NCBI GenBank assembly: GCA_964016885.1
Contig: OZ024743.1
Coordinates: forward strand, 123,380,001-123,444,000
Length of the DNA stretch: 64,000 nt
Direction: 5' to 3'
DNA from: Eledone cirrhosa
Taxonomy: Eukaryota
Shown: one piece after another, positions 12,771-26,037 of the stretch
How positions within the stretch are numbered: the first letter of the stretch is position 1
Layout of the letters: each line of letters opens with the position of its first letter
The notes under the pieces: generated by a model
Databases searched by the model: none
The model's input: only the letters and a program-made list of their open reading frames with translations
What the model was told of the DNA's origin: nothing
Position numbers and translations under genes: made by a program

Positions 12771-15168
12771 TGTATTCTTCTAATAATAAATAATATTTCT
12801 TGTATTATTAGACACCCTTCTCTTCAATAATCTCCAGTTCTGTTTAAACAAATATAGACATCGTTAGCATCTGTCCTTCGTGTTAGTACAAATGTCGAGC
12901 GTCATAATTCATATGTTTAGTGCCCATTACAGAGCCAGCAATTCTACATTGATTTTATTTTCGATTCTCTGGGGTTAATAACGTTGTTATCATCAATATT
13001 TTCTTGTCACCATGCCTGGACAAGAGGCAAACATAAGCCAAGTCACACACTACAATGTTTATATTGATTCATTCTGGCGCTATACTAATTGAATAAAAGG
13101 AAGATAATTGAAATATGAAATATTGCATACCTATTTATCAGTTTTATTTAACTTTTTATTGCTACATACTTTGGAAAAAGCCTTACAAATTTCCGTCATT
13201 TCGCTATGAAGTTACTGTAGTCAACATCGTGCAAAAGACAAACTTGAGGAAAATAAAGTATTCATTGATTATCAAGTATTTAAGTAACAGATAATTTCTA
13301 GTTTCATTTTACAAACCTTAGAATATACCGTGACTATACAAAAATATATCTTGAAAGAGTTTAAATTACACCCAGACAGAGAGTAGGCAACTGGAATCAG
13401 ATTTAACCCAACTTTAAATAATTACATTTATTCCAGAACAGAGATAGAATCTTTTTTTTGCAAGGCGGTGGAGTATTTTATCGAATTCCAAATGATGAAT
13501 GAGAAACACGATCCGAGTAACATTTTAAAGCAAGCAGTAAACATCAGACTAAAATAATAGAAAATAAAATTCAACATAGATATTATTCTAATTTATTTTA
13601 TTTTTACATCCGACCTGTCCTTTTTCTTGAAATGTCGCTAGTAAAGAGACAGAAACATATGTTCGTGTTTATGTCAGTGAATGTATGTGAGTGCACTAGT
13701 ATGTGTGTTTGTGTTTAAAAACAAAACGAAGCAACCTTTTTCAGAGAAAAGTTAATTTAATACAAAACAATATGAATATTGAATAAGTTATTAAAAATGT
13801 ATGTGTGTGTACAGAGAACTGTGTGTAGAACTAACATCATTTTATGTCTGTTGAAAACCAAATAATAATAATGTGGAAAAAAAGTCCGTATCTTCTGATT
13901 GTGTGGAAAGAGACAAAGTGACATTTAATCATGCAAAACAGAAGGGGTGTACTGAATTTCTGACAAACAAAAGTAATAACCGAATTTATAAAATAACCAG
14001 AATATTCTATGAACAAAGAAAAAGTGCGTAGTCAGCTATGTACAAATTTCAATGTTATTTTTTTTTTTTTATCATATTCATATTTTAGTGTGGATGCGTT
14101 CATAAGTCTGCATGTTTGTAGTGGTGGGGAATACACACACACGAAGGAAATCGTTACAATCGTTCGGAAACTAAGGCTGAGTGCTGGCGTGACTTTTATT
14201 ACCAAGCATAGATTCTTGGGGCGGGAAAGCAGTTATTCTAATACAATTATTGCTACTTGTCCTTTTTACTCCTGCAAGCGTGGAAGAAATCTTTTTATTA
14301 AAGTGTATGAACTTGTTACGACAGTGACACATGCAATGAGGAAGGAAGAAATATAGAAAATGACTGGAAATGAAGCCTATAAATTTTGACATCGAAATAC
14401 CTTATGAGGGAGGTTGAGATGATTCCTTCGAGGTAGAATTGAAATAAGATTTTTTTCATTCTCATGTCTGTTCAATAGAAGCCATTTTTGAGTTAAACAT
14501 CTTCACAACTACACTACACTAATGTAATGTGGTGTAGTTGAAAAATAGTTTAATCTATTGCGACGATGAATTTTGTGATATCTAGTTGTGGTTCCCTTCG
14601 TTTACTTTATAGCATATAATAATCGATTTTGCTCTTTATTTCCTTGAGGTCCATAAAATAAGTACCAGCAATTTATTGTGATTGAGTTCAAAGATTGTAT
14701 CTGACGCTACAAAATGTTGCAGCCGAATATTAGAAATACTTATAGGAACAATATGATAACACAATCTCTATTATTTCAGACGCAAACTCAGTAAAACTAT
14801 ACCTGAACATTTCTTTTAGATTGCCCTAGAAAAAGATTGCTTTTAAAGTAAAACTATTATATAAATTATGAATATTTACCACCGCTTCGAGAAACAGTAG
14901 ACATGGCAAGAACCACAAATAGATTCTTTGAATACCTCCTATCGTTTGATGATAATTTCCTGTACTTTGGAGATATCAATTGCATGAAGATTCTAATGAT
15001 GATCTTCATCTTCCTTATTCTTGTTATCATCATCATTATCTTTCCAAGGATCAGAACAGTGATTATTTCATCTTTAAGTTGCTAATGAGCATAATAAATA
15101 TAATAATGACTGGCATGACAGTCATAAAATAATCTGATAACTATGATAATCAAGATAATAATAATAAT

Positions 15169-15355
15169 TGTTTCTACTTTAGGCACAAGGCCAGCAATTA
15201 CCCAGTGCATTACTGGTACTTTATTTTATCGACCCCGTAAGGATGAAAGGCAAAGTCAACCTCGGCGGGATTTGAACTCAGATCGTAAAGGGACGTAACT
15301 ATGCTGGAAAGCATGGCGTCCGACCCTCTACCGATAATGCCAATCCACCGCCCTT
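15169..15355 (-). mobile_element. SINE short form with 16-bp target-site duplication
   Basis: agataataataataat at 15153-15168 and 15356-15371. Confidence 0.9.
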
Positions 15356-16066
15356 AGATAATAATAATAATGATAATCATGATGGTCATGGTGATACCTG
15401 CTGTTAAAAATCAATGTAATTGCTTAAATGATGAGACACAGAGAGCCAGTTGGTTTGAGAAAAAGCCATGAAGTAATGATAAATATTCCTCGGTATATGA
15501 TACAAATGAATCGTAGAAAATATATTCAGAATATCTGGTACTAATTCTTGACAGTTTGGTGAATCAGTCATTGTAAAATGAAAGGTTATTTCTAAAAGAT
15601 AATACCCACAAACAGGATTTGAACTAATGACCATGTACACGAATCCCTCACTAAGTTCTCTATATATTCTCCTTGTACACTGTGCTTATTGCTCTCGATT
15701 TAAATTGACAGAGATGAAATGAGAACATAAAATAGAAGCATTAAATAAATAATTAAAAGGCTTCTGTGTGCGGTTTTGAAATAATGTAACATGCATTAAG
15801 GAAAAATGATTATAACCTGTATATTTTATATCATTTTAGATTTATTTTAATAGATGACTACAATTTGTTGGTAATTAGTGCTTAAATGTCACATTCCCAG
15901 ACATATTAGGTGCTGAATATCTCACCCTACATATTTATTCACTTATATATTTCTTTATCTATATGTTTCATTTATATATTTATCTGTTTATATATTTCTA
16001 TTTGCACATGCCCAAAACCACACACAGACTCACACTCATACATACATATAGACATATAAGTTTGTG

Positions 16067-16124
<58 letters not shown>

Positions 16125-16620
16125 GTGTGTGTTATGTATGTATGTATGTATGTATGTATGTATGTATGTATGTATGTATGTATGTATGTATGTATGTATG
16201 TACGTATGTGTGTTGGAATGTATGTACGTATGTATGTTTGTATGTATGTTTATTTTCCAAAGGAAGCACAGAAAGAATGACTCTGCAATTAAAAGGAAGT
16301 ATTTAATGCAAACATCTACAAATTTTGACATGTTCCTTAGGCGAAAAGTCCAACTCAAAACTAATTATTCGTAAACAGTAAAATAGACACGGAAAACGGT
16401 AATAAATAGAAAATAGTTACAACAAAAACAATGATAGATTGAGATATTACTATATATACCAATATATATGTGTGTGTGTTTATATGTTTGCATATATGTG
16501 CGTGTATATATATATATATACTTATTTATTTATTATAAGAACAGATTAAAGTTTAAGCAAAGAATCGCTGCTTTCAGCCTTAACGGCATCTTATGATTTT
16601 AGTCTTCACATTTATTATTA

Positions 16621-17007
16621 CTATCTATCTAAGGCGGGTAAAATTGGCGAGATCCATGGACGAGTTCTCTCCAGCGGTCTCTGTCTCTCATTATCGCTGC
16701 CATGTCCTGCGTCTCCAACAGACCAGTGTCTGTCCTTAGGGCATCAACATACGTTAACCTTGGTCTTCCTCTTCTAGTGGAGTCTGTGCTGCTGTATGGG
16801 TCTGAGACTTGGACACTGACCAAGAAACTCACTCAGATGGTGGATGGGTGCTACACGAGAATGCTGAGGATGGCTCTGAACATTAATCAGTATACACTGA
16901 GGATGAAAAACTCAGAGCTGTATGGGAGCATCCCAAAAGTCAGCTCAAAAGTGACACAGAGGAGACTGAGGTTAGCTGGACATGCTCACCGACATCCAGA
17001 GTTGACA
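16621..17007. mobile_element. RTE-clade LINE 3' fragment with an inverted upstream segment
   Basis: Plus strand: VESVLLYGSETWTLTKK...RRLRLAGHAHRH; minus strand: RRGRPRLTYVDAL...DRDRWRELV; both are typical RTE C-terminal motifs. Confidence 0.8.
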
Positions 17008-17329
17008 TTATTACTATATGTATATATATATATATATATATATACAGTATTTTCCGTTGTGTTGTAATATAAATATTACACACAGTAGATTATCAGCTCA
17101 CGTAGAGTTTGCTCGACGGTTCCAGTTGTAGTTCCAAAAGTAATCCGGAGAAAAATAGAAAGATTTGAATGGATACAGTTTAGTTGATGAAATGACAGTA
17201 AATAATAACATTGAAATATTGAATGTCTGCATAACTAAAAGTTTGTAGATAGCTGTTTTAGGTTATGTAACTGTTATAGAAACACGTGTCAATAAATTCC
17301 TTTCAACTAAACTGTATCCATTCAAATCT

Positions 17330-17497
<168 letters not shown>

Positions 17498-17504
17498 ATA
17501 TTTC

Positions 17505-17690
17505 ACTGTGGACTATCAATTATGATAGTCTGAGCCCTTCAGATGGCAAAACCTAAAATAAACATAGAAAGTTCCTAAGAAACCTTTAAATTTGGAAAAA
17601 TCTAATAATTTCACCGAAAAAAGATTTTCATTTCATGATACAGGGGGCCGGCCGAACGTGTGATGTTTCTTTGACGACCAGCCCCAAGAG
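17505..17690. repeat. Left arm of a ~170-bp inverted repeat; right arm at ~19470-19645
   Basis: ggcaaaacctaaaataaacatagaaagttcctaagaaacctttaaatttggaaa is the reverse complement of ~19547-19600. Confidence 0.85.
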
Positions 17691-17765
17691 TTTCTTCGAC
17701 GACCAGCCCCAAGAGTTTCTTCGACGATCAGCCTCAAGAGTTTCTTCGACGATCAGCCCCAAGAG
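17665..17765. repeat. 25-bp minisatellite, four units (gtttcttcgacgaccagccccaaga)
   Basis: Head-to-tail units with 1-2 substitutions and no spacers. Confidence 0.9.
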
Positions 17766-18096
17766 TGTCGGCAGAAGTGCTGGTCAGTTTAGGAAGTAAC
17801 GAAAACGGTTCGTAGCCCTTCTCCCTCCTCTCTCTATCATTAGCCGTTGCAGTAGTAGTCTCAGAGACTGCTATAATCGTAGTGAAAACCAACCCCTCCC
17901 AGCCACATATTGTCCACAGGTCTGCAACAACTGTGAATATTATAACCGATTCCATAATTAACTATAATGATAATGAAATTATTGTGTACAGTGCTCAGGT
18001 GCATGTATAGTACATAGAATAATATACAAATGTCAGGGAAGTGAATAGTGTATGAGTCCTGATATACATGTGTGCGTGTGTATGGAGGGGGATTAT

Positions 18097-18400
18097 TAGG
18101 TGTAGTGTTGGCGAATCTCAGGAAGGATGGAGGTTTTAGAGGATGCAGTGTCTCGACAGCTAACAAATGGTGCAGGTAGTTTGTTCCATGCTTCAGCAAC
18201 TCTGAGTGAAAAAATGTTTCCGAAAGTCATGGGAGCTGTGCTGTTTTCTGACTTTGTTGGCATGCCCACGTGTGTTACACACATGGAAATCAAAAAGGTA
18301 CTCAGTGTTGTTGTTCGCAAGATGGTTAATAATTTTGTGGGTGTTTACCAAGTCAGTTGCAGGATGTCGGAGCTTCAATGTATCTATAAGAAATAGATTG
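18097..18400 (-). mobile_element. CR1/L2-group LINE 3' end fragment
   Basis: NTRGH...FRKHFF and FSLRVAEAWNKLP motifs in two frames. Confidence 0.75.
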
Positions 18401-21400
18401 AAATACAACAAATAAACTAATTAATTAATTAAGAACAAGAAGAAAGGTTATATTAAAGGGGATATATATCTGGGAAAGAGATGATTATAATTATAATGAA
18501 AAAAGTTTTTATAGTGAAAAGAATTAAAAGGTAGTGAGTAGCTGCCTGTATGTCTAGGCCACAGACCAGAGTGTATAACGTAGATGTTGTATAGTTATAG
18601 TTTAACTGGTTCTAAATTGTTGAAAGTATGATAACCTTACTCTTTGCTAGTTCCCCGTTTGATCAAGCTCTACGGATTACATCCAGGTGTCCGATTCCCC
18701 GCCTTTCCGGAGATCCAATCACTCGATGAGCAGAACGTCAGAGTGACATCTTACGATATATACTGTTCCTCGCTGCCTGCGTCAAATATCCGAGAAACCG
18801 ATCAAGGTCTCCGGACCATCATGCCTGACCGGTATGGAGCTATTAGGTTGTTCCTTTACCAATTAGGTAGTGAAGGCCAACCTAAGGTAACTTGAAGTAA
18901 TTATCAAAATAAGACACGCGAAGAAGGTTTAGAGATAAATTTAAAATACAGTAAATTAGGTGTTGGCCGACTCAAGGTAGCTTAAAGGGAATAGCAGACT
19001 GGGATACATGAGGATGAGTAAGAGATAACGTTAAATATTGAGTTAATTAGGGTTGGTGCACAGTCGTACAGTAGCAGAGAGAGAAGAACATATTATGCAG
19101 CAATATACGAGAAAAACAGATATGGTGTATAAAAAGAAAATGATAAGTATATATAATATAATAAAGGCAAAGAAATATATGGGATCGGTACAAGGTTATC
19201 GAAATAGGTACAAATGTCTCCGACTATATAATGAGTGATGGGAAGATAGATAGAGCAAAATATGAAGATTATACGTTAATACGCTGGGATAGAGTTCAAA
19301 GTGTCCGTAGAGAGATTTTGGCTGGTCTGCCAGCTTGTGTGCATCAGGTGAGGGGGCAGAAGGTCTCATATGTGGTATTATTCCCTGGACAGCCGGTGGT
19401 TAAATTCCATAAATTGTTGTCCGTGGCTAGGGGAAGTTGTTACACTGGGTGTTCCGCTAGTCCAGGGACCGGCCGTCGAAGAAACAACACCACTTGTTCG
19501 GTCCGCTCCGTGTATCATGAAAAGAACATTTTTTTAGGGGAAATTATTTCCAAATTTAAAGGTTTCTTAGGAACTTTCTATGTTTATTTTAGGTTTTGCC
19601 GTCTGAAGAGCTCATGCTATCATAATGGATAGTTCTCAATGAAATCTAAACTATAATAAAGTAAGGAGTGCGGGACTGCGGACGGTTTATAATTTTTTAT
19701 CCCATTAGTAAAATAAGTTGGATTACTTTGAATAAATAATGAATGAATATTACATAATTTATCTACTAAATTTCGTGGCTGTGGATTAAATATATTTTGT
19801 TTATTTAAAGATTCACTTCTTTAAAATTTCTGAAATGTCAACACTTCCGGTTTGCCATCGCTGAAATAAACATACTAATTTTCTGTCACTAATTTTCTCC
19901 TAATGCAGTTTATATATAATATCGTCTTTTTTAATGTATCATGGATTACGTTACTCATTAAATAAGACAGTGTAACGGAGTCTTCGTTCAATTTCTATGT
20001 ATTATATATTGTCAATTACGATTTTATTTGATGTAGTATATCTACATGTATATATACCTGCCTATAATATCAATATGCACACTACACATTCCAACAGAAA
20101 ACCACCCGAAGGGTGATTTTTCTGCTAGTATGTATAACGGAGTTTTCAATAAACCTGAATCAACTGAATATGGCCTCTGATCTTTTATCGATATGTAATG
20201 CTCCGTCTTACACCATCTATGCAGGTCGTTATGCGCTCCTTTTTATCTGCTTCACAATCTCGACAGACCAGGGTGTGATCCGCACACCCCTTTTCTGTTA
20301 ACCCCTTACTATATAAATATATATATAAATAACGAAAGAAATGTGGTAAGGAACCAGATGGACCATAACGCACGAAAGTACTCAATACTTAGGGTAGTAG
20401 AGTGGGTAATAGGAACGAGTAGGACCCCGACGGCTGAGCTCAAGCCGTTTCGACGGCTAATTCTGGACTAAATGAAAATTTTTTTATCCTGGTAAATTAA
20501 TAGCCGAGTTTCTCAGGGGATAATATAATATAATAACTTTTACCATATATTCCATATATGGTAAAAGTGATTGTCACAAGGATTGGTCAAAAGTTTGTTG
20601 TTGAGACACATAATTCTATCATGGCATTTTGTGGAAGGAAGTGGTAGCTGAACTTGCCAGTAGAAGAAAGAAGGAGAGGGAGTGGAGGAAACCCAGTCGT
20701 GCGTTGAAAGTGACGACTACAGCAGAATCCTAAGGATAAGAGGTCAAGAGGGGGGGGAGAAGTCGAAACAATAAGTAGATCTATATGGAGTAAATCTATA
20801 TAGAAAAATATGAATGTTAAAAATATTAAAAAAAACAACACAATTTCTGGTTACTATTCCCCTACCACAATCATCAAATCTCTCACTGGTACTGCTAAAC
20901 TATAGAAAAGTTTAATAGGTGGGGCGGAATACTAAATACGAGATTGTAGTGAATGAATTCTATGAGTTAGTAGTACTCGTCCTAATCTATCTTACAATGA
21001 CAGTTCAACAAGTAGGGGGCCAAAATACTAAAAAAAAACTAAAAAAAAACTAATACGAAATAATAATTCAGAGTCCCGAAACTAATCCGAAATATTAATT
21101 CAGAATCCCAAAAATGAATACTAATACTATATATAAGAGTACCGCTACAATACATAAATTATAATGCAAACTACATAAATGCTCGTACGATATATAAGAA
21201 AAAACTAATACGAAAAATTAATTCAGAATCCCCCCCCCCCCCAACCCACCCACCCCAATAATAATAATAATAAATAATTAAATAAATACTGATATACGAG
21301 AAACTAAGCAGAGATATCACTAAGAAATCTAGAAATCACGGAAATGGGGCAGCAATCAGATAAGAAAGCAAGTATCTGGCGTCTAGCGCATCTGCTATAA

Positions 21401-21699
21401 AAAGCGGAGTCGGCCAATTCTATCATAGAATGGGGGTGGGGTGGGGGTACTGAGGCTACGGAGGACCGAAGGGCTGCCTCTGGGTTGGCGGGAAGGTGAA
21501 AAGAACGACGACAAAGAAGGAGAACTGGGGTGGAAGGACTAGGAAGGGATGGGGGAAGGAGGAAATATAGAGGAGACGATAAAAAATATATAAGAAAATC
21601 TTACGTCTCCCTTTCTAAGCAGGGGTTACCCATTACAAAGTCGGCAAGTGGGGTGTTACAGCCCTTGTCTAGGGGTCATTATGGGGTTTGAGGGCGAGG

Positions 21700-23806
21700 T
21701 AAGTCCTACGCAATCTGTGTTTGCATGCAGTTACCAGTTTGTCTTTCTTGTTTAGGAGTTGGTCCGTCGAAAACAACATTTGTAATGTTTCCTCCGAGCA
21801 TAAGTTACACGGACGGCGTCCTCCCGTGTAAGAGTTGGCTCTGGACAGTAAGCTCCAAGTGAGATTATAGGTTGTATTGTTATCTTTGAGGTCCCAGATG
21901 TGGCCCGAAAGTGTAGTGGCGTGACGCCGGGTCGGGTTTCAGAAAGTATGTCTGTGTTGGTATAGCCGGGTCTTGAAGTCACAAGCGGTTAATCCTATAT
22001 AAGCTTTGTTGGAGGTGTCCGTCCTCACGTTGCACTGGTAGATCACATTACGATCTCTGCATCTGTTGTCGAAGGGGGAAAATGGATCCAACAGGACAGT
22101 TACACCTCCTGGTCGCCTCTCCACTGCTATCTAGGTTATTTTTTCCATGGGAGTTGAGTTTTTGTTGTTAGAGGAGATGATGTTTTGTGCAAAGTTAGGT
22201 GTGGTGCTGTAGAAGAGTTTGATGGTATTTTTGTTGATTATGTTGTGGTAGCGGTGTTGTAGTGGGAAGTGTTTCTCGATGAGCCTAAAGAAGATTTTCC
22301 CGATAGGTGTTGTCACCTCGGCGTTGTGGGGAGGATTGAACCATGTTACGTTGCGTGAGCAGCGGTGTCGCCTGCTGGTTCCGCTAATGGAAGCTGGACA
22401 GTAGGATATTTCCTCCCGGAAGCCACTCCGCCTCAGGGCCTGGTTGTAATAAGGCGCATGTTCCTCGAATATCTACTCATTAGCGGACAAACGAGATATC
22501 CGGAGGGAGATGTTTTTAACCAGGTTATTGGTGATGTTTCTAGGATGGTTTGACCGGCGGTGGATGTAGTGCAGGTTATCGTTTGGTTTCCTGTATGGGT
22601 AGTACAGATCATTATCGAGGTCAAGGGTAACGTCCAGGAAGTTTACTCGGGTTAGGGACGTTTGTAGGGTTATTTTAAATCCCCAGTCGCGGAAGAAGCT
22701 GATTAATTGTTTACGGACCCGATCTGTACTACTGGGGTTGTACCCTTTAAGGGTAAGGAGCCCATCATCACGGTACAATCCACCGCCGAATGCAGGAAAC
22801 ATATCGGTGAGTTTAACTAGTAGGAATAATCCTATAAGATCTGTGACCTCGGCCGAATCCGTCGCTCCCATACTGACGTCGAAGGGGGAGTCCGGAGCTC
22901 TCTTTATCCATTTGGAGTTGTTGAAAAGTAGGACTGTCTTCCTGGCGTGGAGGATGATATTTCTTTCCTGGTCGGTGATGGGCGCAAGTGTTTCGGCGAA
23001 GTCCAAGGCGGCAGTAAGGAGCGGTAAGGTAATTGAAGCATAGTAACTCTCTATGTCAAACTGGATGAATTTTGTGTCTCGTTTGTCCTCCATATTGCTG
23101 AACCATGAGATTACTTCCTCGGTGTTGACCCATAGGCTAAGTCTGGCGTTTTGCTTAACTTTTGGTATAACGCGGTCTAAGATTTTTTTTACTGATTCTC
23201 CCTATGTCGGACTTCGTTGGGTTTATAAGCCTGATAGATGGTTTACGGTCGAAATCGGATTTGTGGTCCTTCAGTGTGAAGTAGGGAGTCCGTGGGTCTA
23301 GGGGTCCCGTGCGGTCGGCTGGAGGTAATTTGTTTTCCATCTCGATTTATGTACTCGATGCATGAGTGGTTAGCCTTTTTATATGTGGAGTTTAGGTTGC
23401 TCCTGATCAGTGTGTGGTATCTGTCGGGGTTGACGAAGTAGAGATTACCAGTTTTATCCGAGTGCACCATGATGTCATTGGTGTTATCATACTCTGTTAA
23501 GTTGCTACGGAGTTTTTGTAGGAATCTGCTGTGTCTGGGTTTGAATTTAATGCTCTTGACCAGTTGGAAAAGGTCATTCTCGAAGGGTGAGAGCATAGGG
23601 TTCGGAGGGGGAGATTTGTAGGTATTAAATCCGAATCTCTCCTTGGTATCGAAGTCCTGATTGTCGCAATATCTGTCGTAGAAAAAAGTTCTCCATCTAA
23701 GTCTTTTCGCAAAAAGGTCGATTTTTTGAGTGAGCATCCGAAGGTAAAGTTTTCTCGGTGGAACTGGGATGTTCTTGGTGGAGAAGTCGATGTTATGTTT
23801 TCGCAT
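21700..23806 (-). pseudogene. PLE reverse transcriptase + GIY-YIG endonuclease ORF split by several frameshifts
   Basis: Consecutive pieces in ORFs 23243-24010, 23155-23340, 22473-23093, 22131-22316 and 21939-22124; probable start MRKHNIDF at 23806. Confidence 0.85.
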
Positions 23807-23990
23807 GGTGCGGGTGAAAGAACTTGAGCAGAGCGGAAAAGTCTGGATACGGCGTGGTAGGGTCGGAAAGAGTCTACTACGGGAATAGGAGCTAGATAAC
23901 GAAGGAAATGTGGTAAGGAACCAGATGGACCATAACGCACCAAAGTACTCAATACTTAGGTTAGTAGAGTGGGTAATAGGAACGAGTAGG

Positions 23991-24086
23991 ACCCCGACGG
24001 CTGAGCTCAAGCCGTTTCGACGGCTAATTCTGGACTAAATGAAAATTGTTATCCTGGTAAATGAATAGCCGAGCTTTTCAGGGGGT
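23991..24086 (-). ncRNA. Type I hammerhead-like motif in the pLTR, non-canonical core; copies at 20424-20519(-), 24275-24347(+), partial at 63496-63545(+)
   Basis: acccc-CTGAAAA-gctcggcta..tagccgtc-GAAAcggcttgagctcagccGTC-ggggt. Confidence 0.65.
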
Positions 24087-24443
24087 AATATTCCATATAT
24101 GGTAAAAGTGATTGTCACAAGGATTGGTCAAAAGTTTTTTGTTGAGACACATAATTCTATCAACTACCTCAGCTACCCCTTCCTTCCACAAAATGCCACG
24201 ATAGAATTATGTGTCTCAACAACAAACTTTTGACCAATCCTTGTGACAATCACTTTTACCATATATGGAATATTACCCCCTGAGAATAAAAATGTTCATT
24301 TAGTTCAGAATTAGCCGTCGAAACGGCTTGAGCTCAGCCGTCCGGGTCCTACTCGTTCCTATATATAAATATATATATATATATAAATGGAATAGAATGA
24401 AACGAAATTTCATTTCTCACTCTTAGTACGGCACTTACTTAAA

Positions 24444-24898
24444 TGTAAGTATGTATGTATACGTACATACATATATGTATACAGACGTACAGTAGTATGT
24501 ATATATATACATACATACACACATATATATATATATGCACGTATCGGTTTACCGAACATTTATTATAATGCTCGGTTTGTTTGTTTGTAAACAAACAAAC
24601 AGCCCGAATTACGCCGTACAGTGTTTAGGCAACCACGTCACCTTTTTGTTCAACACTGACACAGGAATGATGTACTAGTTTCAAGCTTATTAGCTATCGT
24701 CAGCAACCAATACTTTCCTGCCTGATGGCGTAATTCGGGCTGTTTGTTTGTTTACAAACAAACAAACCGAGCATTATAATAAATGTTCGGTAAACCGATA
24801 CGTGCATATATATATGTGTGCATGTAAGTATATATATACATACTACTGTACGTCTGTATACATATATGTATGTACGTATACATACATACATACTTACA
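24444..24898. repeat. Fold-back element with ~170-bp inverted arms; second copy at ~59895-60330
   Basis: cacgtatcggtttaccgaacatttattataatgctcggtttg...cccgaattacgcc is mirrored across a ~110-bp spacer. Confidence 0.9.
24669..24707 (-). ncRNA. Minimal type I hammerhead ribozyme candidate
   Basis: gttg-CTGACGA-tagct aata agctt-GAAAc ta GTA-catc; palindromic ACTAGT stem III; one stem I mismatch. Confidence 0.7.
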
Positions 24899-24903
24899 CA
24901 CAG

Positions 24904-24973
<70 letters not shown>

Positions 24974-25107
24974 GATATGTGTGTAACCTTGACTTCGTTC
25001 TTGCTTCTACACACACACACACGCACACATGCACACACACACACACACATACACGCAGCACACGTACACACGCACACACGCGCACGCACACACATGCATA
25101 CACGCAT

Positions 25108-25138
<31 letters not shown>

Positions 25139-25823
25139 CATATACACATATATATAGCGAGAGATATAGAGGGAGGGAGAGAGGCGTGGGACACGTAGAT
25201 AGATAGCATTTATGTTATAAAATCTGCTTGCTTCATACTTATGTAGAATATCCTAATACTAATTAGACAACTAAATAATACATAAGCGAACAAACAAGTA
25301 TGCATCTTTGTTTTATAAGAACGCATGACCACGTAGGAGTGATTTCATGTGTGAAAATAAGCTGCCGGTGAAAGGAATATTTGATTTGTTACTTATGTGA
25401 CTTATAGCCTTCGGGTTAGCTATTTAAGCTTTCAATTCACAGATTAAATTCTAAGATTAAATCAGTTAAGAGCAATTATAAGTTATTTCTAGATTGATCT
25501 CATTAAAACTCTTATGCTCTTCAGAGTTTATTCAGATGGCTGAATTAAATGCTATCTGTTTTCCGTTACGTGTCTTTACCGAAGCTGACATCATTTTTCT
25601 TTTATTGTTTAGTCTGGAAGGGAAGACCAATATCCATGAATTTTTCTAAGCATCAAAACTGGAGACGTGGTCCGAATGCTTTCAACAGATTGAACTCTGC
25701 TTTAGACATTTAGGGCTAGGTGGGCGGGTTAAGCCTACATCTCATGTACGATTTTTATTAAGTCATTCTTACTCTGTGGTTTCCGACTAACTAACACATC
25801 ATTTGTTGTTGTTATTGTTTAGT

Positions 25824-26037
25824 AGCGTATTGGCAGTATCGGTAGGGCGTCGGCAACATGCTTTGCAGCATAGAGTTACGGCCCTTTATGATCTAAGTTC
25901 AAATCCCGCCGAGGTTAACTTTGCCTTTAATCCTTACGGGGTCGATAAAATAAAGTACCAGTAGTGCACTGGGGTCGATTTAATCGACTTTCCCCTTCCC
26001 CAAAATATGCTGGCCTTGTGCCTATATAAGAAACCAT
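25824..26037 (+). mobile_element. SINE long form; a diverged related copy follows at ~26225-26375
   Basis: Same head and core plus ggggtcgatttaatcgactttccccttcccc; flanked by ttRttgtttag direct repeats. Confidence 0.85.

Larger units (their letters stand above)
20328..24362 (-). mobile_element. Penelope-like element (Naiad type), near full length, frameshifted; direct pLTRs at ~20328-20650 and ~23896-24160, inverted partial pLTR at 24169-24362
   Basis: RT motifs QFDIESYY, FDVSMGATDSAEV, GLYRDDGL, NFLDVTLDL; C-terminal GIY-YIG (VIYQC...AYIGLT...FKTRLYQH), CNLC and LLNKK..ACKH. Confidence 0.9.

Noticed and set aside
17665-17765. CRISPR-like array of 25-bp repeats
   Set aside because: Units are contiguous with no unique spacers, there are no cas genes, and the context is eukaryotic.
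21700-22110. Selenocysteine recoding reported for some Naiad elements
   Set aside because: The Cys positions I could read (CNC, C, CNLC, CKH) use TGT/TGC; I saw no in-frame TGA there.
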